Of a stretch of 64,000 nt of DNA, positions 1 through 8,619 are shown one piece after another. The DNA is from a virus (lineage: Duplodnaviria; Heunggongvirae; Uroviricota; Caudoviricetes). Under the pieces are notes generated by a model that saw only the letters and a list, made by a program, of their open reading frames with translations, was not told the DNA's origin and searched no databases. Position 1 is the first letter of the stretch. Every line of letters begins with the position of its first letter. The position numbers and the translations under genes were made by a program. Where the stretch lies: IMG/VR virus record IMGVR_UViG_3300028610_000968. One strand, 5' to 3'.

Positions 1-814
1 CTTTTGAGGAAGGGCTAATGCCATTAGTTCTCAGAACTTCTGCCATATCCCTATCAAAATGAGAGTAAGACTGTCCACCAAACTGGTCAACTTGATTTGC
101 TTGTATGATAATAGCAGCCAGAGCGAACGCTGAATAAGGTCTTTTTGGTGGTCTAATCCTTCCTCCCAAGCTAGTCATAAATCCATTCATTAAAAGTTCT
201 TTAAACGGTATCTGTAAACAGTTAGAAGTGAAAGGCCACGAAGCATCGTGAATATGAATTCTACCCTCTCTGTGCGCTTTGGAGAATCTCTCAGGCATCA
301 TCCTGTCCAAGTGGTACTTGGTACTGGCAGCTTCACCTATCTGTAACATACGTGCTGAGGGGTGTCTCCCTGTATTTGAATTATCTTTGTGAGGCTCTTC
401 AATAATTTCTCTAACAGCTTCCATCAGAGCAGATTTGGCTTCACGAATGTCTGTTCTTTCTTTTCTATGCAATATAAACTCTTTTGCTAAATCTGGCTGA
501 TTAAACTCCACAAGTACCTCTTCAATAGAATCTTGAATCTGTTCTACATTAGGGTATTTTTGTCTTTTATCTGTTTCAACTTTAAGTAAAACTTTTTCTT
601 CTACTTTTGATAAGTAATCTTTCCACTGGACATACTTCTTATCACTTACTATAAACGACCCATCGTAGTCTGTACCACTTGAATCACAAGCATTTTTAAT
701 AGCAGTTATTATCTTCTTGGTATCATATTTATCTAACCTACCATCGCGCTTTCGTACTTTTTCAAACCTAATCTCTGGTGTTCTTTCTTTCTTTGTAAAT
801 ATTTTAAATGGCAA
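1..814 (-). CDS. nrdD: Anaerobic (class III) ribonucleotide reductase large subunit, N-terminal part with ATP-cone; truncated at window edge
   Basis: Manually translated (absent from ORF track): TTG start after AGGAGG; ...VRKRDGRLDKYDTKKIITAIKNA (ATP-cone)...AHREGRIHIHD...SNCLQIP...ANQVDQFGGQSYSHFD. Confidence 0.9.
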   Translation of the reverse strand, partial: MPFKIFTKKERTPEIRFEKVRKRDGRLDKYDTKKIITAIKNACDSSGTDYDGSFIVSDKKYVQWKDYLSKVEEKVLLKVETDKRQKYPNVEQIQDSIEEVLVEFNQPDLAKEFILHRKERTDIREAKSALMEAVREIIEEPHKDNSNTGRHPSARMLQIGEAASTKYHLDRMMPERFSKAHREGRIHIHDASWPFTSNCLQIPFKELLMNGFMTSLGGRIRPPKRPYSAFALAAIIIQANQVDQFGGQSYSHFDRDMAEVLRTNGISPSSK

Positions 815-1090
815 TCACTTTCCTCCTTCAACTTCTTTTATTACCTCGTACCAAGCCATACAAACGGTAGCAGTTTGCACAAGCTCTTCTAATATCCCAA
901 TATCATTTTCATTATAAGCTTTGCAAATTTCTCCAAACTCTTCTCCTAATATAGTTGGATAATTTGCTCCTTCTTGCTTTTCTCCCCACATTGCTATTTG
1001 TCGGCCTCGTTCCTTTAAAACTTTATTAAGAAACTCTATTTCCTTATCAGCTATTGAATACCTTTTTGCATTTAAAATTATATCTCTCAT
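815..1090 (-). CDS. MazG-like NTP pyrophosphohydrolase
   Basis: ILGEEFGEICKA...EELVQTATVCMAW (EExxE...EExxD/Q pattern). Confidence 0.7.
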   Translation of the reverse strand: MRDIILNAKRYSIADKEIEFLNKVLKERGRQIAMWGEKQEGANYPTILGEEFGEICKAYNENDIGILEELVQTATVCMAWYEVIKEVEGGK

Positions 1091-1091
1091 G

Positions 1092-1334
1092 TTAAGGCCA
1101 AAAAACTATGGCCGGTTCACCATCTGGATTCAAGTCTGCTTCTCCGTATCCATCCTTTATATCTTCTTCTGTCAGAGTTCCTAGTCCCACTTCTCCATCT
1201 TGCCGGTCATACATCATATCCGAATCCCATTCTCTTAGTTCGTTGTATCCGTTTCCTTCTGGGTCTATACTCATAACAACTACTCTTTCTGGGTCTACAT
1301 TTTCTAAAACCTTAATTAAATCTTTTACTTTCAT
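1092..1334 (-). CDS. Hypothetical protein
   Basis: 80-aa ORF coupled to its neighbours. Confidence 0.7.
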   Translation of the reverse strand: MKVKDLIKVLENVDPERVVVMSIDPEGNGYNELREWDSDMMYDRQDGEVGLGTLTEEDIKDGYGEADLNPDGEPAIVFWP

Positions 1335-1507
1335 TTTCCACTCCTATAACTTTCTGATATTCTCCAAATATTTGCTAATGGATATTTCCAAACACGGTTT
1401 TCTTTCTTAGAAAACACACAGTACAAATTACCTTTGGTATAAGTATTACAAACCTCTTTATGAACAATAGGCCATGATGTTTCTTTCAACTCTACTTTTA
1501 CTTCCAT
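1331..1507 (-). CDS. Hypothetical protein (58 aa)
   Basis: Manual: MEVKVELKETSWPIVHKEVCNTYTKGNLYCVF...; AGGAG upstream; ATGA overlap with next gene. Confidence 0.6.
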   Translation of the reverse strand: MEVKVELKETSWPIVHKEVCNTYTKGNLYCVFSKKENRVWKYPLANIWRISESYRSGK

Positions 1508-2448
1508 TTACCTCTCCTTAAATAATTCTAATCTAGATTCTAATAAACTAACGTCTAATGCTTCACTATCTAAGATTTCCTTTTCCGACACATCTCCTAA
1601 ATCTTTCTCCAGTGGCAGTTCTATAAATCTCACTTTCGCAAACGGACTAAGCTTTTCAGCAGCTTTTATCATTCCCTCTACTCCATGCACATCCATATCT
1701 GGGGCGAGGACAATGTTTTTGAATCTAGATAGTAGTATGTCTGCCTGATTATCATGTAATTCACGGCCCATTATTGCTACAGCCGGTACTCCTGCTTGAT
1801 ACGCTCTCCATACCCCTTTGAATCCTTCTGTCACTACAACTCTATCCACACTAATATTGTGTAAATTGTAGAGTAAATTTCTTTTTTGCAACTTCTTAGG
1901 GTAAATTAGATACTTTCTTTGTTTTGTTTCCCAACTAACTCTACCACTGACACCTACCAATCTGCCCCTATTATCATATATTGGTATTATGTATCTTCCC
2001 TTGAGTTCCATGCCCAAAGTACTCTTGGTAGTTTTATCACAGAAACAAACATTGAAGTAATCTAGAGTAGATTTCTTAAATTTCTGTTTTAGAAAGTACG
2101 ATTGTTTGTTGAGGAACTTACTAATGTCTAAATTGATTTCTTCTGGTTCTTCACTGTCAAAACCGTCAAACTCTTTTAAAAAATCTTGTTGGCCGTAAAG
2201 ATATTGGGTGGCCCCAAAATCCTTTATCCTGTTTACTGCCTCTTTCTTTGAGCAGCCCTCTAGCTCGGTGACTAGTCTTACTAAGTTCCCACTAGCCCCG
2301 AAGCAAAGCAGGTATATAGTCCACCAGACTTAGAGATACTAAAGGAAGAGGGGTTAGAGCCACCATGTATAGGGCAAGTAGACCGTATACTCTCACTAGT
2401 CTCTACTATCCCTTTTGCTCCATAATGATTGAGAATATTTTCTATCAT
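1508..2448 (-). pseudogene. dnaG: DNA primase (CHC2 Zn finger + TOPRIM) interrupted by a 1-nt deletion at 2300/2301
   Basis: N-terminus MIENILNHYG...CPIHGGSNPSSF...LYTCFA, then frame break; C-terminal frame has YIIPIYDNRGRLVGVSGR, VVTEGFKG, IVLAPDMD (TOPRIM). Confidence 0.85.
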
Positions 2449-2451
2449 TTA

Positions 2452-2679
2452 TCATTCTGAAATCCTTTCAAGGTAATCACAACTGAAGCAAACTTGTGCT
2501 CTACCAGGTGTAAGTAGTTCTCCACATTTAGAACACACTAGCCCTTTATCTTCTATTTCAATCATGGTTGTCACCAAATAAGATAACTCTTTGCTGTGTC
2601 CTCTATAGATAACTAACATATCTATTTCTCCATTGTAGAAATCTACTAAACTTTTAGTTTTTACCCAAGCTTTTGTCAT
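2452..2679 (-). CDS. Hypothetical protein with C-terminal CxxC...CxxC
   Basis: CSKCGE...CFSCD. Confidence 0.6.
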   Translation of the reverse strand: MTKAWVKTKSLVDFYNGEIDMLVIYRGHSKELSYLVTTMIEIEDKGLVCSKCGELLTPGRAQVCFSCDYLERISE

Positions 2680-2865
2680 TATTCCTCTTCCTCTACTCCT
2701 ATATTCTCTAAAATAAATTCTGCTAATCTCTCAGCTTCTTCCTCGCCTAGCTCTAGTGCAATCCAGTCCTCGAACCCAAAGGTAAACATTTCATCTTCAT
2801 GGTTCACGTGCATTTCAGTCTCACAAACCCAGCTCCCACAATCACAACCGAAGTCCTCGGAACTA

Positions 2866-4164
2866 CTAATTGTAACCTACCTCTTTCATATCAAGAATTT
2901 CTTTTTGGAATCTAATATCAATTCCCTTACCTGAAGCTCCTTCTCTATTGATACCTATACGCAATTTCATATTCCCTAACCTACCACCCTCATCATACAT
3001 TTCACTCTCAGACTTCTCTCTCAAGAACACTAAAGCGTCACAATAATGAGCTAACCTATCTGAACCACCAATTTGGGATTCATCGTTCTTTTGTACTCCC
3101 ACAGCAGTTCTATTCAATTGACATGCAGTTAGAACAGGTATATTTAAATCTCCAGCAACTCTGTTCTTTAGTATATTCGTCAAGTACCCTAAATGTTGAT
3201 ACTCTTGAGCAGATTTTAAATCACTTGAATCCGGCAATTTAATGTAATCAAACACCAACAACTCTATGTTACTCTTTATCTTGTATTGTCGTGCTAATGA
3301 AAGAATAGACTCATAAGAAAATGTTTTCAAATACAAATGATACAACTTGCCTTGTTCTATTTTCTTAGCTGCTAGAGATAAAGCTTTCACTTCAGTTCTA
3401 TTGTTGACCCATCGGCCTGTTGCTAATTTTCTTTCTTCAACACCAGACAACATGGATAACAATCTTAATTGTTGAAACTCTTTTGGCAACTCTGTGTCCA
3501 GATAAAGAACAGGTCTTTTTTCGTTAATAGCTATATTCTTACTAACAGCTAAAAGGAACGCTGACTTACCAGCTTTGGCTCTAGCTGCAATAATAATTGC
3601 TCTCCCCGGCTGTAATCCAAGTATTCCTTCATCTAAGGAAGGAAATCCTGTAGATATACCAGGCAACTTTCCTTTAAGTTCTGCTCTATCTTCTATCAAC
3701 TCATGTATACCTGACCCCATGTGCTCAGCGGCTCCAACATTAGAATTACTATTGGCTACATCTAAAACTTGTTCGTAACAATACTCTACTGGGTCGCCTT
3801 TGAAATCAGATAATTTATCCTGTACAGTTGTAAGTTTATCTTTGAGTTGTGCTTTTATAGACTTATTTTTTACAGACTTTATATAGCCTGGTAAGTTATC
3901 TCTTGTGGTAGGTATATTAGATACCCTGTTAATATATTTTATACCACCTACATCTTTAATACCATCTGAAATTCTATCATAAATAGACATTACATCTACT
4001 TTGAAGCTTTCATTTATTAAATCAATACAAGCTCCATATATTAGTTTATTCGGTGGAAACAAAAAGTCTTTCGGAGATAGTTCTGAAGAAACTTTAAACA
4101 ACGCTCCTTCATCTTGCAAACAACAGGCTAGTATATATACCTCGTCATTAAATTTTTCAGACAA
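2866..4164 (-). CDS. dnaB: DnaB-like replicative helicase
   Basis: GISTGFPSLD, AARAKAGKS (Walker A), LLVFDYIKL, QLNR, GGSDRLAHYCD. Confidence 0.92.
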   Translation of the reverse strand: MSEKFNDEVYILACCLQDEGALFKVSSELSPKDFLFPPNKLIYGACIDLINESFKVDVMSIYDRISDGIKDVGGIKYINRVSNIPTTRDNLPGYIKSVKNKSIKAQLKDKLTTVQDKLSDFKGDPVEYCYEQVLDVANSNSNVGAAEHMGSGIHELIEDRAELKGKLPGISTGFPSLDEGILGLQPGRAIIIAARAKAGKSAFLLAVSKNIAINEKRPVLYLDTELPKEFQQLRLLSMLSGVEERKLATGRWVNNRTEVKALSLAAKKIEQGKLYHLYLKTFSYESILSLARQYKIKSNIELLVFDYIKLPDSSDLKSAQEYQHLGYLTNILKNRVAGDLNIPVLTACQLNRTAVGVQKNDESQIGGSDRLAHYCDALVFLREKSESEMYDEGGRLGNMKLRIGINREGASGKGIDIRFQKEILDMKEVGYN

Positions 4165-4167
4165 TAA

Positions 4168-4800
4168 TTAACCTCCCACTGATTCTAAATGAGCTATAAA
4201 CGTTTTCTTGTCTGTAGGAGTTCTAGGTGGCCCATTTAGTCCAGATTCAGTAATAAGTTTTGTAGTTTCTTCTTTGCCTTTCACATTCAATTTAGTAAGA
4301 CAATTTTTAATTTTAACATCTAGTGCTTCTGCACTAACAGTTCTTGTTGGTGCTTTGGTTGGCTTTTTCGTTTCTGGGTATCCTCTATCGTTCACTGGAA
4401 CCCATCTCATATCACCATCATATAGATGGTGTCCAATGCCAAACTTAACTGCCGCTCTTTTCAAAGCATCACTGAACGACGATTTGTATGGCTCTTCGTC
4501 TCCTGGCCCATTGGGATATCCAACATCACTTTTTTGTATTCCGTTGACAGTTAAAAAACACTGCACAACTCTTGTGTCATGGTCAATCACTTGATAGTTA
4601 TCAGACCAGTTTGCTTTGCCTACGGCTTCGTCCAGGCGTTTCATAACGTCCCTAGCATCTACATAAGATGCCATTAAGCCCTTGCCATTCTTCACAGTGA
4701 TAGGTCTTTCTTTTACAACCTCTGCTGGGAATTTCTTGTCTAAAATTTTTGATTCCTTCTCATTTATAATAGAGGGGTAATCATTGTTTCTTTGCGTCAT
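4168..4800 (-). CDS. Rad52/Rad22-family ssDNA annealing protein (Sak-like)
   Basis: YVDARDVMKRLDE...WS...KSDVG...SDALKRAAVKFGIGHHLY. Confidence 0.85.
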   Translation of the reverse strand: MTQRNNDYPSIINEKESKILDKKFPAEVVKERPITVKNGKGLMASYVDARDVMKRLDEAVGKANWSDNYQVIDHDTRVVQCFLTVNGIQKSDVGYPNGPGDEEPYKSSFSDALKRAAVKFGIGHHLYDGDMRWVPVNDRGYPETKKPTKAPTRTVSAEALDVKIKNCLTKLNVKGKEETTKLITESGLNGPPRTPTDKKTFIAHLESVGG

Positions 4801-4802
4801 AT

Positions 4803-5696
4803 TTAATTTTCCTTTCCTGTTAATATATCTACTGCCATTTCTGGGCTACACCAATTATCATATATAGCTGCTGAAAACTGCAACGCAGACACTTCAAACA
4901 TCTTTGGTATAATCTCCACATGGCAATGAAAATATTTTTTGTGGGTTAATAAATTTGGTGGATTATTGTTGACCGGAAACCCACTAAGAATCAACATAAT
5001 ATCATCCTGTTCTAAATAATTTGAATATCTCCATGCTGTGCCAAGTAACAAATCTGAAAACTCTATTATAGAAGCTGTACTAATATCCTCAAAAAACGAT
5101 ACATGTCTCTTTGGTATTATATTCAACTCAAAAGGATACCTAGCAGCAAAACTACTCAAGGCCATAAAATTTTCAGTCTCATCTAAAACTCTACTCTCTG
5201 CTTTTCTTTCTACACCAATTAAATCACACGCCCAACATTGACTTTTGTTCAAAAACGCATCATAAGAAGATAATCCAAACATTTTAGTACTTGTTATGGC
5301 GGGGTAAGAATTTAGTGCTAACACCCTAAAAATTAAATGACCACTTTCATCAGTATCAATATAAAAACATACATAACGAACATTTTTGTTTCGCCTAAAC
5401 TCTAACATCCTTTTCTTAACATACAAAAGAACTCCAGATAATGTATTTATATTCAAATCACAAATTCTAGTACTGTGTGAATGTGGAAATATAATCAAAT
5501 CTTTTATAACGTAGTTATTTATTTCTTGAAAAGATTTTCCCTTAATATAAACTTTTTCGTCAGGGATATCCGTTTCAATCATAGAAAAACTCGTATTTAT
5601 TGCTTCTTTTTCTTCACTCTCACAGAGTTCGCAACCTCTTTTGGCCACACGCAAAAGTGAATGAGTGTCAGTAATGACACTATATCTAAGTGACAT
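4803..5696 (-). CDS. GalT/HIT-fold nucleotidyltransferase homolog, catalytic HPH motif degenerate
   Basis: CWACDLI, FAARYPFELNIIPKRH, FHCHVEIIPK, N.CSPE.A typical of the GalT family; HPHSQ position reads GHLIFR. Confidence 0.75.
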   Translation of the reverse strand: MSLRYSVITDTHSLLRVAKRGCELCESEEKEAINTSFSMIETDIPDEKVYIKGKSFQEINNYVIKDLIIFPHSHSTRICDLNINTLSGVLLYVKKRMLEFRRNKNVRYVCFYIDTDESGHLIFRVLALNSYPAITSTKMFGLSSYDAFLNKSQCWACDLIGVERKAESRVLDETENFMALSSFAARYPFELNIIPKRHVSFFEDISTASIIEFSDLLLGTAWRYSNYLEQDDIMLILSGFPVNNNPPNLLTHKKYFHCHVEIIPKMFEVSALQFSAAIYDNWCSPEMAVDILTGKEN

Positions 5697-5904
5697 AAGC
5701 CTCCAATGTAAGATGAAGTTTCCTAGCTAACTTAACATCTCTAAAGATAAATATTCTATCTTCTTCTTTGTTTATATTTATTTGCAAAATGGTTTGGTCT
5801 GAATACAATGAAACTAACAGCTTCTCTAAAGCCGACTCTGAGAAGTCAGAGATTTTAAGGGGAAATATAGCGTGGTTCTCTAAATCTAAATTTTCAGTAC
5901 CCAA
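5686..5904 (-). CDS. Hypothetical protein
   Basis: TTG start just downstream of a consensus promoter. Confidence 0.55.
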   Translation of the reverse strand: MGTENLDLENHAIFPLKISDFSESALEKLLVSLYSDQTILQININKEEDRIFIFRDVKLARKLHLTLEAYVT

Positions 5905-5919
5905 GTTTCAACAGTCCTT

Positions 5920-5948
5920 ATTATAACATATTTTTTGAACCGTGTCAA
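5920..5948 (-). promoter_or_regulatory. Sigma70-type promoter for the replication module
   Basis: TTGACA-17 nt-TATAAT with extended -10 TG. Confidence 0.85.
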
Positions 5949-6043
5949 GGACTTTTGACAAATTTTTAGTGGACTATTAATAATGCAAGCAAGCATTAGC
6001 CGCCACCATTATCGTTTAATGAGTTTTCTCTAACTCCGCATGT

Positions 6044-6631
6044 CTATCCCTCCCCACTACCATTATTTAGATTTTCTAATGCAACTATCCTTAAACCATT
6101 ACATTGTTTATCATGATACATAAACTTCATAATACTATCCATCAGTAACGGTTTGTAATCAGTGTCTTCAAGGACAAAGCACACATGATGCTCTGTTAAC
6201 CTACACATATTTTTTTCATGCTCACGTATTAGCCTGTGATTGTTATTATGAAAATGCCCATGAATATTTAAATCAATCCCTGAAGGCATATCCATCGGTA
6301 TGTGTGAAAATAAAACCCACTTGCCTAAATACTTGTCAACAAAATTTTCACAGACAAAATCCCAACCATGCTCTAAATACCAACTGTTAGTTCTCTTGTC
6401 ATGATTTCCTCTAACTAGTATTTTTTTACATTTTATAGGTTCTATGAATTCTCTATGTAATTCTACATCTTTGCCCAAGCCGACATCACCTAAATGTATT
6501 AACACATCATTCTTAGTTAAAAATTCTAGGTTTCTTGAAATACGTTCATTGAAGTCGTTAGGTCTGCCACAGAAATCTATAATCTTCCTGTGGCTCCAAT
6601 GAGTATCACTTATAACAAATGGTCTTGACAT
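6044..6631 (-). CDS. Calcineurin-like metallophosphoesterase
   Basis: SDTH, GD, GNHD, SH, HGHFH motifs. Confidence 0.88.
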   Translation of the reverse strand: MSRPFVISDTHWSHRKIIDFCGRPNDFNERISRNLEFLTKNDVLIHLGDVGLGKDVELHREFIEPIKCKKILVRGNHDKRTNSWYLEHGWDFVCENFVDKYLGKWVLFSHIPMDMPSGIDLNIHGHFHNNNHRLIREHEKNMCRLTEHHVCFVLEDTDYKPLLMDSIMKFMYHDKQCNGLRIVALENLNNGSGEG

Positions 6632-6633
6632 AG

Positions 6634-6720
6634 AGGAAGAAGTAGGATTTGAACCTACGGAACCTTTGACAGTTCACTGAGTTAGCAACCCAGCGCAATA
6701 AGCCGCTCTGCCATTCTTCC
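6634..6720 (-). tRNA. tRNA-Ser(GCT)
   Basis: GGAAGAA/TTCTTCC acceptor, CTGGG-TTGCTAA-CTCAG, long variable arm, GGTTCAAATCC. Confidence 0.9.
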
Positions 6721-6754
6721 TGGAGCCGGGAGAAGCGTTGCAACATTCCCGGCT
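6721..6754 (-). ncRNA. tRNA acceptor-stem minihelix ending in CCA
   Basis: AGCCGGGA-ATGTTGCAACGCTTC-TCCCGGCT-CCA wedged between two Ser tRNAs. Confidence 0.5.
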
Positions 6755-6756
6755 TG

Positions 6757-6847
6757 AGGCAGGAGTAGGATTCGAACCCACGAATCCTCTTCCGAGGACT
6801 AACGGTTTTCAAGACCGTCACAATAAACCAGACTCTGACATCCTGCC
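6757..6847 (-). tRNA. tRNA-Ser(TGA)
   Basis: GGCAGGA/TCCTGCC, ACGGT-CTTGAAA-ACCGT, long variable arm. Confidence 0.9.
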
Positions 6848-6856
6848 GATATTAAA

Positions 6857-7030
6857 CTACTCTACACTTCCAACAATTGCTATACCTAAAACACGATTAG
6901 AAAACAGTTCGATTGCCGCAGCCATCGCTGCCGCAAGCTCTTCCTCGTCAATTGGCAATTGCCTTTGCTCACAATGAGAGCTTGCAATCAATTTTGCATG
7001 TTCAATAATTTTATTTCTATTTATTTCCAT
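6857..7030 (-). CDS. Hypothetical protein (57 aa)
   Basis: Manual: MEINRNKIIEHAKLIASSHCEQ...; ATG overlaps position 76 of the upstream tmRNA-like gene. Confidence 0.55.
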   Translation of the reverse strand: MEINRNKIIEHAKLIASSHCEQRQLPIDEEELAAAMAAAIELFSNRVLGIAIVGSVE

Positions 7031-7032
7031 AG

Positions 7033-7109
7033 TGGAGATGAGCGGATTCGAACCGCTGTCCTGAAGCTGCTCTTTGGCTTTAACTCCAGTCTAAACCATC
7101 AACATCCCC
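7033..7109 (-). ncRNA. tmRNA-like RNA consisting only of the tRNA-like domain (no tag reading frame)
   Basis: GGGGATG/CATCTCC-A with G3:U70; GGTTTAGAC D-loop motif; CTGGAG/CTTCAG helix closed by 17 nt; GGAC-AGCGG-TTCGAAT-CCGCT. Confidence 0.8.
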
Positions 7110-7113
7110 TTAG

Positions 7114-7187
7114 TGGGCCAGGTAGGAGTTGAACCTACAACATTCGAATTCTAAATCCGACTTCTCTGCCAATTGGAATACTGGCCC
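7114..7187 (-). tRNA. tRNA-Leu(TAG), short variable arm
   Basis: GGGCCAG/CTGGCCC, TCGGA-TTTAGAA-TTCGA, 5-nt variable loop. Confidence 0.85.
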
Positions 7188-7649
7188 TTATTTTTTATCT
7201 TTATAATAATACTCAGATTCAACACTCGGTTGTGGCGTTAATTTTTTAATTAATCCCATCTGTAGCTGTTTGCCATATTTACCTGCACAGCTCTTACAAA
7301 AAGGGCCAGCATGACCACTATCAGAATTATGTCTAATCTGACTACCTATCCTATAAAATTTTTCGTTACACCAAATACAGTGTACTTCCACTGGTTTAAC
7401 TCTTTTAGCATCATCTTCACCATGTTGACTTCTACTCACAATTCTTAGGTTTTCAATTCTATCATCAGTGAAATCTCTATTTATGTGGTCTACTGTTTCG
7501 TCAGGCAATAACTTTCTCCCAAGATGTTGCTCCATCAAATACTTTGGGTAAGACATGGTTGTTTGTTTACCGTTGCTATACCAAATCTTTAAATATTTTC
7601 TACCATCTTTTCTTGTATAAGGCCCGTTTATTCTAAAATTATCTTGCAT
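7188..7649 (-). CDS. HNH homing endonuclease
   Basis: MSYPKYLMEQHLGR.L...TVDHINRDFTDDRIENL; C-terminal CxxC pairs. Confidence 0.88.
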   Translation of the reverse strand: MQDNFRINGPYTRKDGRKYLKIWYSNGKQTTMSYPKYLMEQHLGRKLLPDETVDHINRDFTDDRIENLRIVSRSQHGEDDAKRVKPVEVHCIWCNEKFYRIGSQIRHNSDSGHAGPFCKSCAGKYGKQLQMGLIKKLTPQPSVESEYYYKDKK

Positions 7650-7673
7650 GTATACCAATTCCACCACTAACCT
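7642..7673 (-). pseudogene. Orphan tRNA-Leu-type 5' half overlapping the HNH start codon
   Basis: AGGTTAG-TG-GTGG-AATTGGTAT-ACAT-G-CAAGA; no matching 3' half seen. Confidence 0.65.
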
Positions 7674-7848
7674 ATAACATAAAACATTTAAAATCATCGC
7701 AAATATCCCAAGGTTCTCTATCTCCTAGATGGTCTGGATGCTCACATTTCCCATCACTTGTATAAGCTCCTTCTTCATTTGCATTGAAATCATAATAACA
7801 ACAAAAATCACAAACTGGATAATCTCCACAATCAGTACACTTTTCCAT
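7672..7848 (-). CDS. Cys-rich hypothetical protein (58 aa)
   Basis: Manual: MEKCTDCGDYPVCDFCCYY...CEHP...CDDFKC; TAAATG coupling. Confidence 0.6.
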   Translation of the reverse strand: MEKCTDCGDYPVCDFCCYYDFNANEEGAYTSDGKCEHPDHLGDREPWDICDDFKCFML

Positions 7849-8082
7849 TTAGTAAATACGCACCAAAATCCTATCACCGTGTATACGCACAGCAATACCA
7901 AACCAATTGATAGTGTCTCCATCATTAGCTTTGACAATACGCCCATGTTTATCCGACACCCTGACTCTATCTCCTAGCTCAATGTTCATCTCAGATAAAC
8001 AAGTCACATACAAACCATTACCTAGCACTTTAGCTCCACACTCAGAGCAAACCGTAACCTCTAACCTGTCTAATTCATCCAT
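7849..8082 (-). CDS. Hypothetical protein
   Basis: GGAG-8 nt-ATG; CSEC motif. Confidence 0.55.
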   Translation of the reverse strand: MDELDRLEVTVCSECGAKVLGNGLYVTCLSEMNIELGDRVRVSDKHGRIVKANDGDTINWFGIAVRIHGDRILVRIY

Positions 8083-8112
8083 TTTAATAACTCCAACCAT
8101 AGAATTTCATAG

Positions 8113-8183
8113 TTCTAGGTCAAGGGGTCGAACCTCGATTACTGAGTCCAAAGCCCAGCGTCCTACCTTTAGACGAACCTAGA
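8113..8183 (-). tRNA. tRNA-Gln(TTG)
   Basis: TCTAGGT/ACCTAGA, CTGGG-CTTTGGA-CTCAG. Confidence 0.88.
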
Positions 8184-8188
8184 TCGAA

Positions 8189-8617
8189 CTATAGTAAATA
8201 ATGTGCAATTATAAAATTTCTGTAGGTACTATTATTTAAAGCCCTTGGCCTCAATAAGATAATCTTTTCTACTGCCTCTCTGCCTGACATTCCTAATTCG
8301 CACATAGCAATAGCAGCAGCTAATCCAGACCTATTCTCTCCACCATAACATGTCACTAGTACACGTTTGCCTTGTTTTACATTATCAGCAATTAATTTTC
8401 CTACCTCCACAGCCTCTTCAAAGTTATTTATAAGTGGCCTTAGTCCTACATTGGAAGTGTCATGCCAAGGTATCTTGTAACTTACAACATAGTCTGGAAT
8501 CAACTTCCAAGTTTCCGCTGCAAAGCTCACCACTACATCTGCAGGGTGGCTTCCTAATGTTTCCCAACTACCAATAAACAAATTGGTATAAGGTTCTATT
8601 GGATCAATGTTTTCCAT
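8189..8617 (-). CDS. Dual-specificity/Cys-based protein phosphatase
   Basis: CX5R P-loop VTCYGGENRS; PWHD general-acid loop. Confidence 0.85.
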   Translation of the reverse strand: MENIDPIEPYTNLFIGSWETLGSHPADVVVSFAAETWKLIPDYVVSYKIPWHDTSNVGLRPLINNFEEAVEVGKLIADNVKQGKRVLVTCYGGENRSGLAAAIAMCELGMSGREAVEKIILLRPRALNNSTYRNFIIAHYLL

Positions 8618-8619
8618 AG

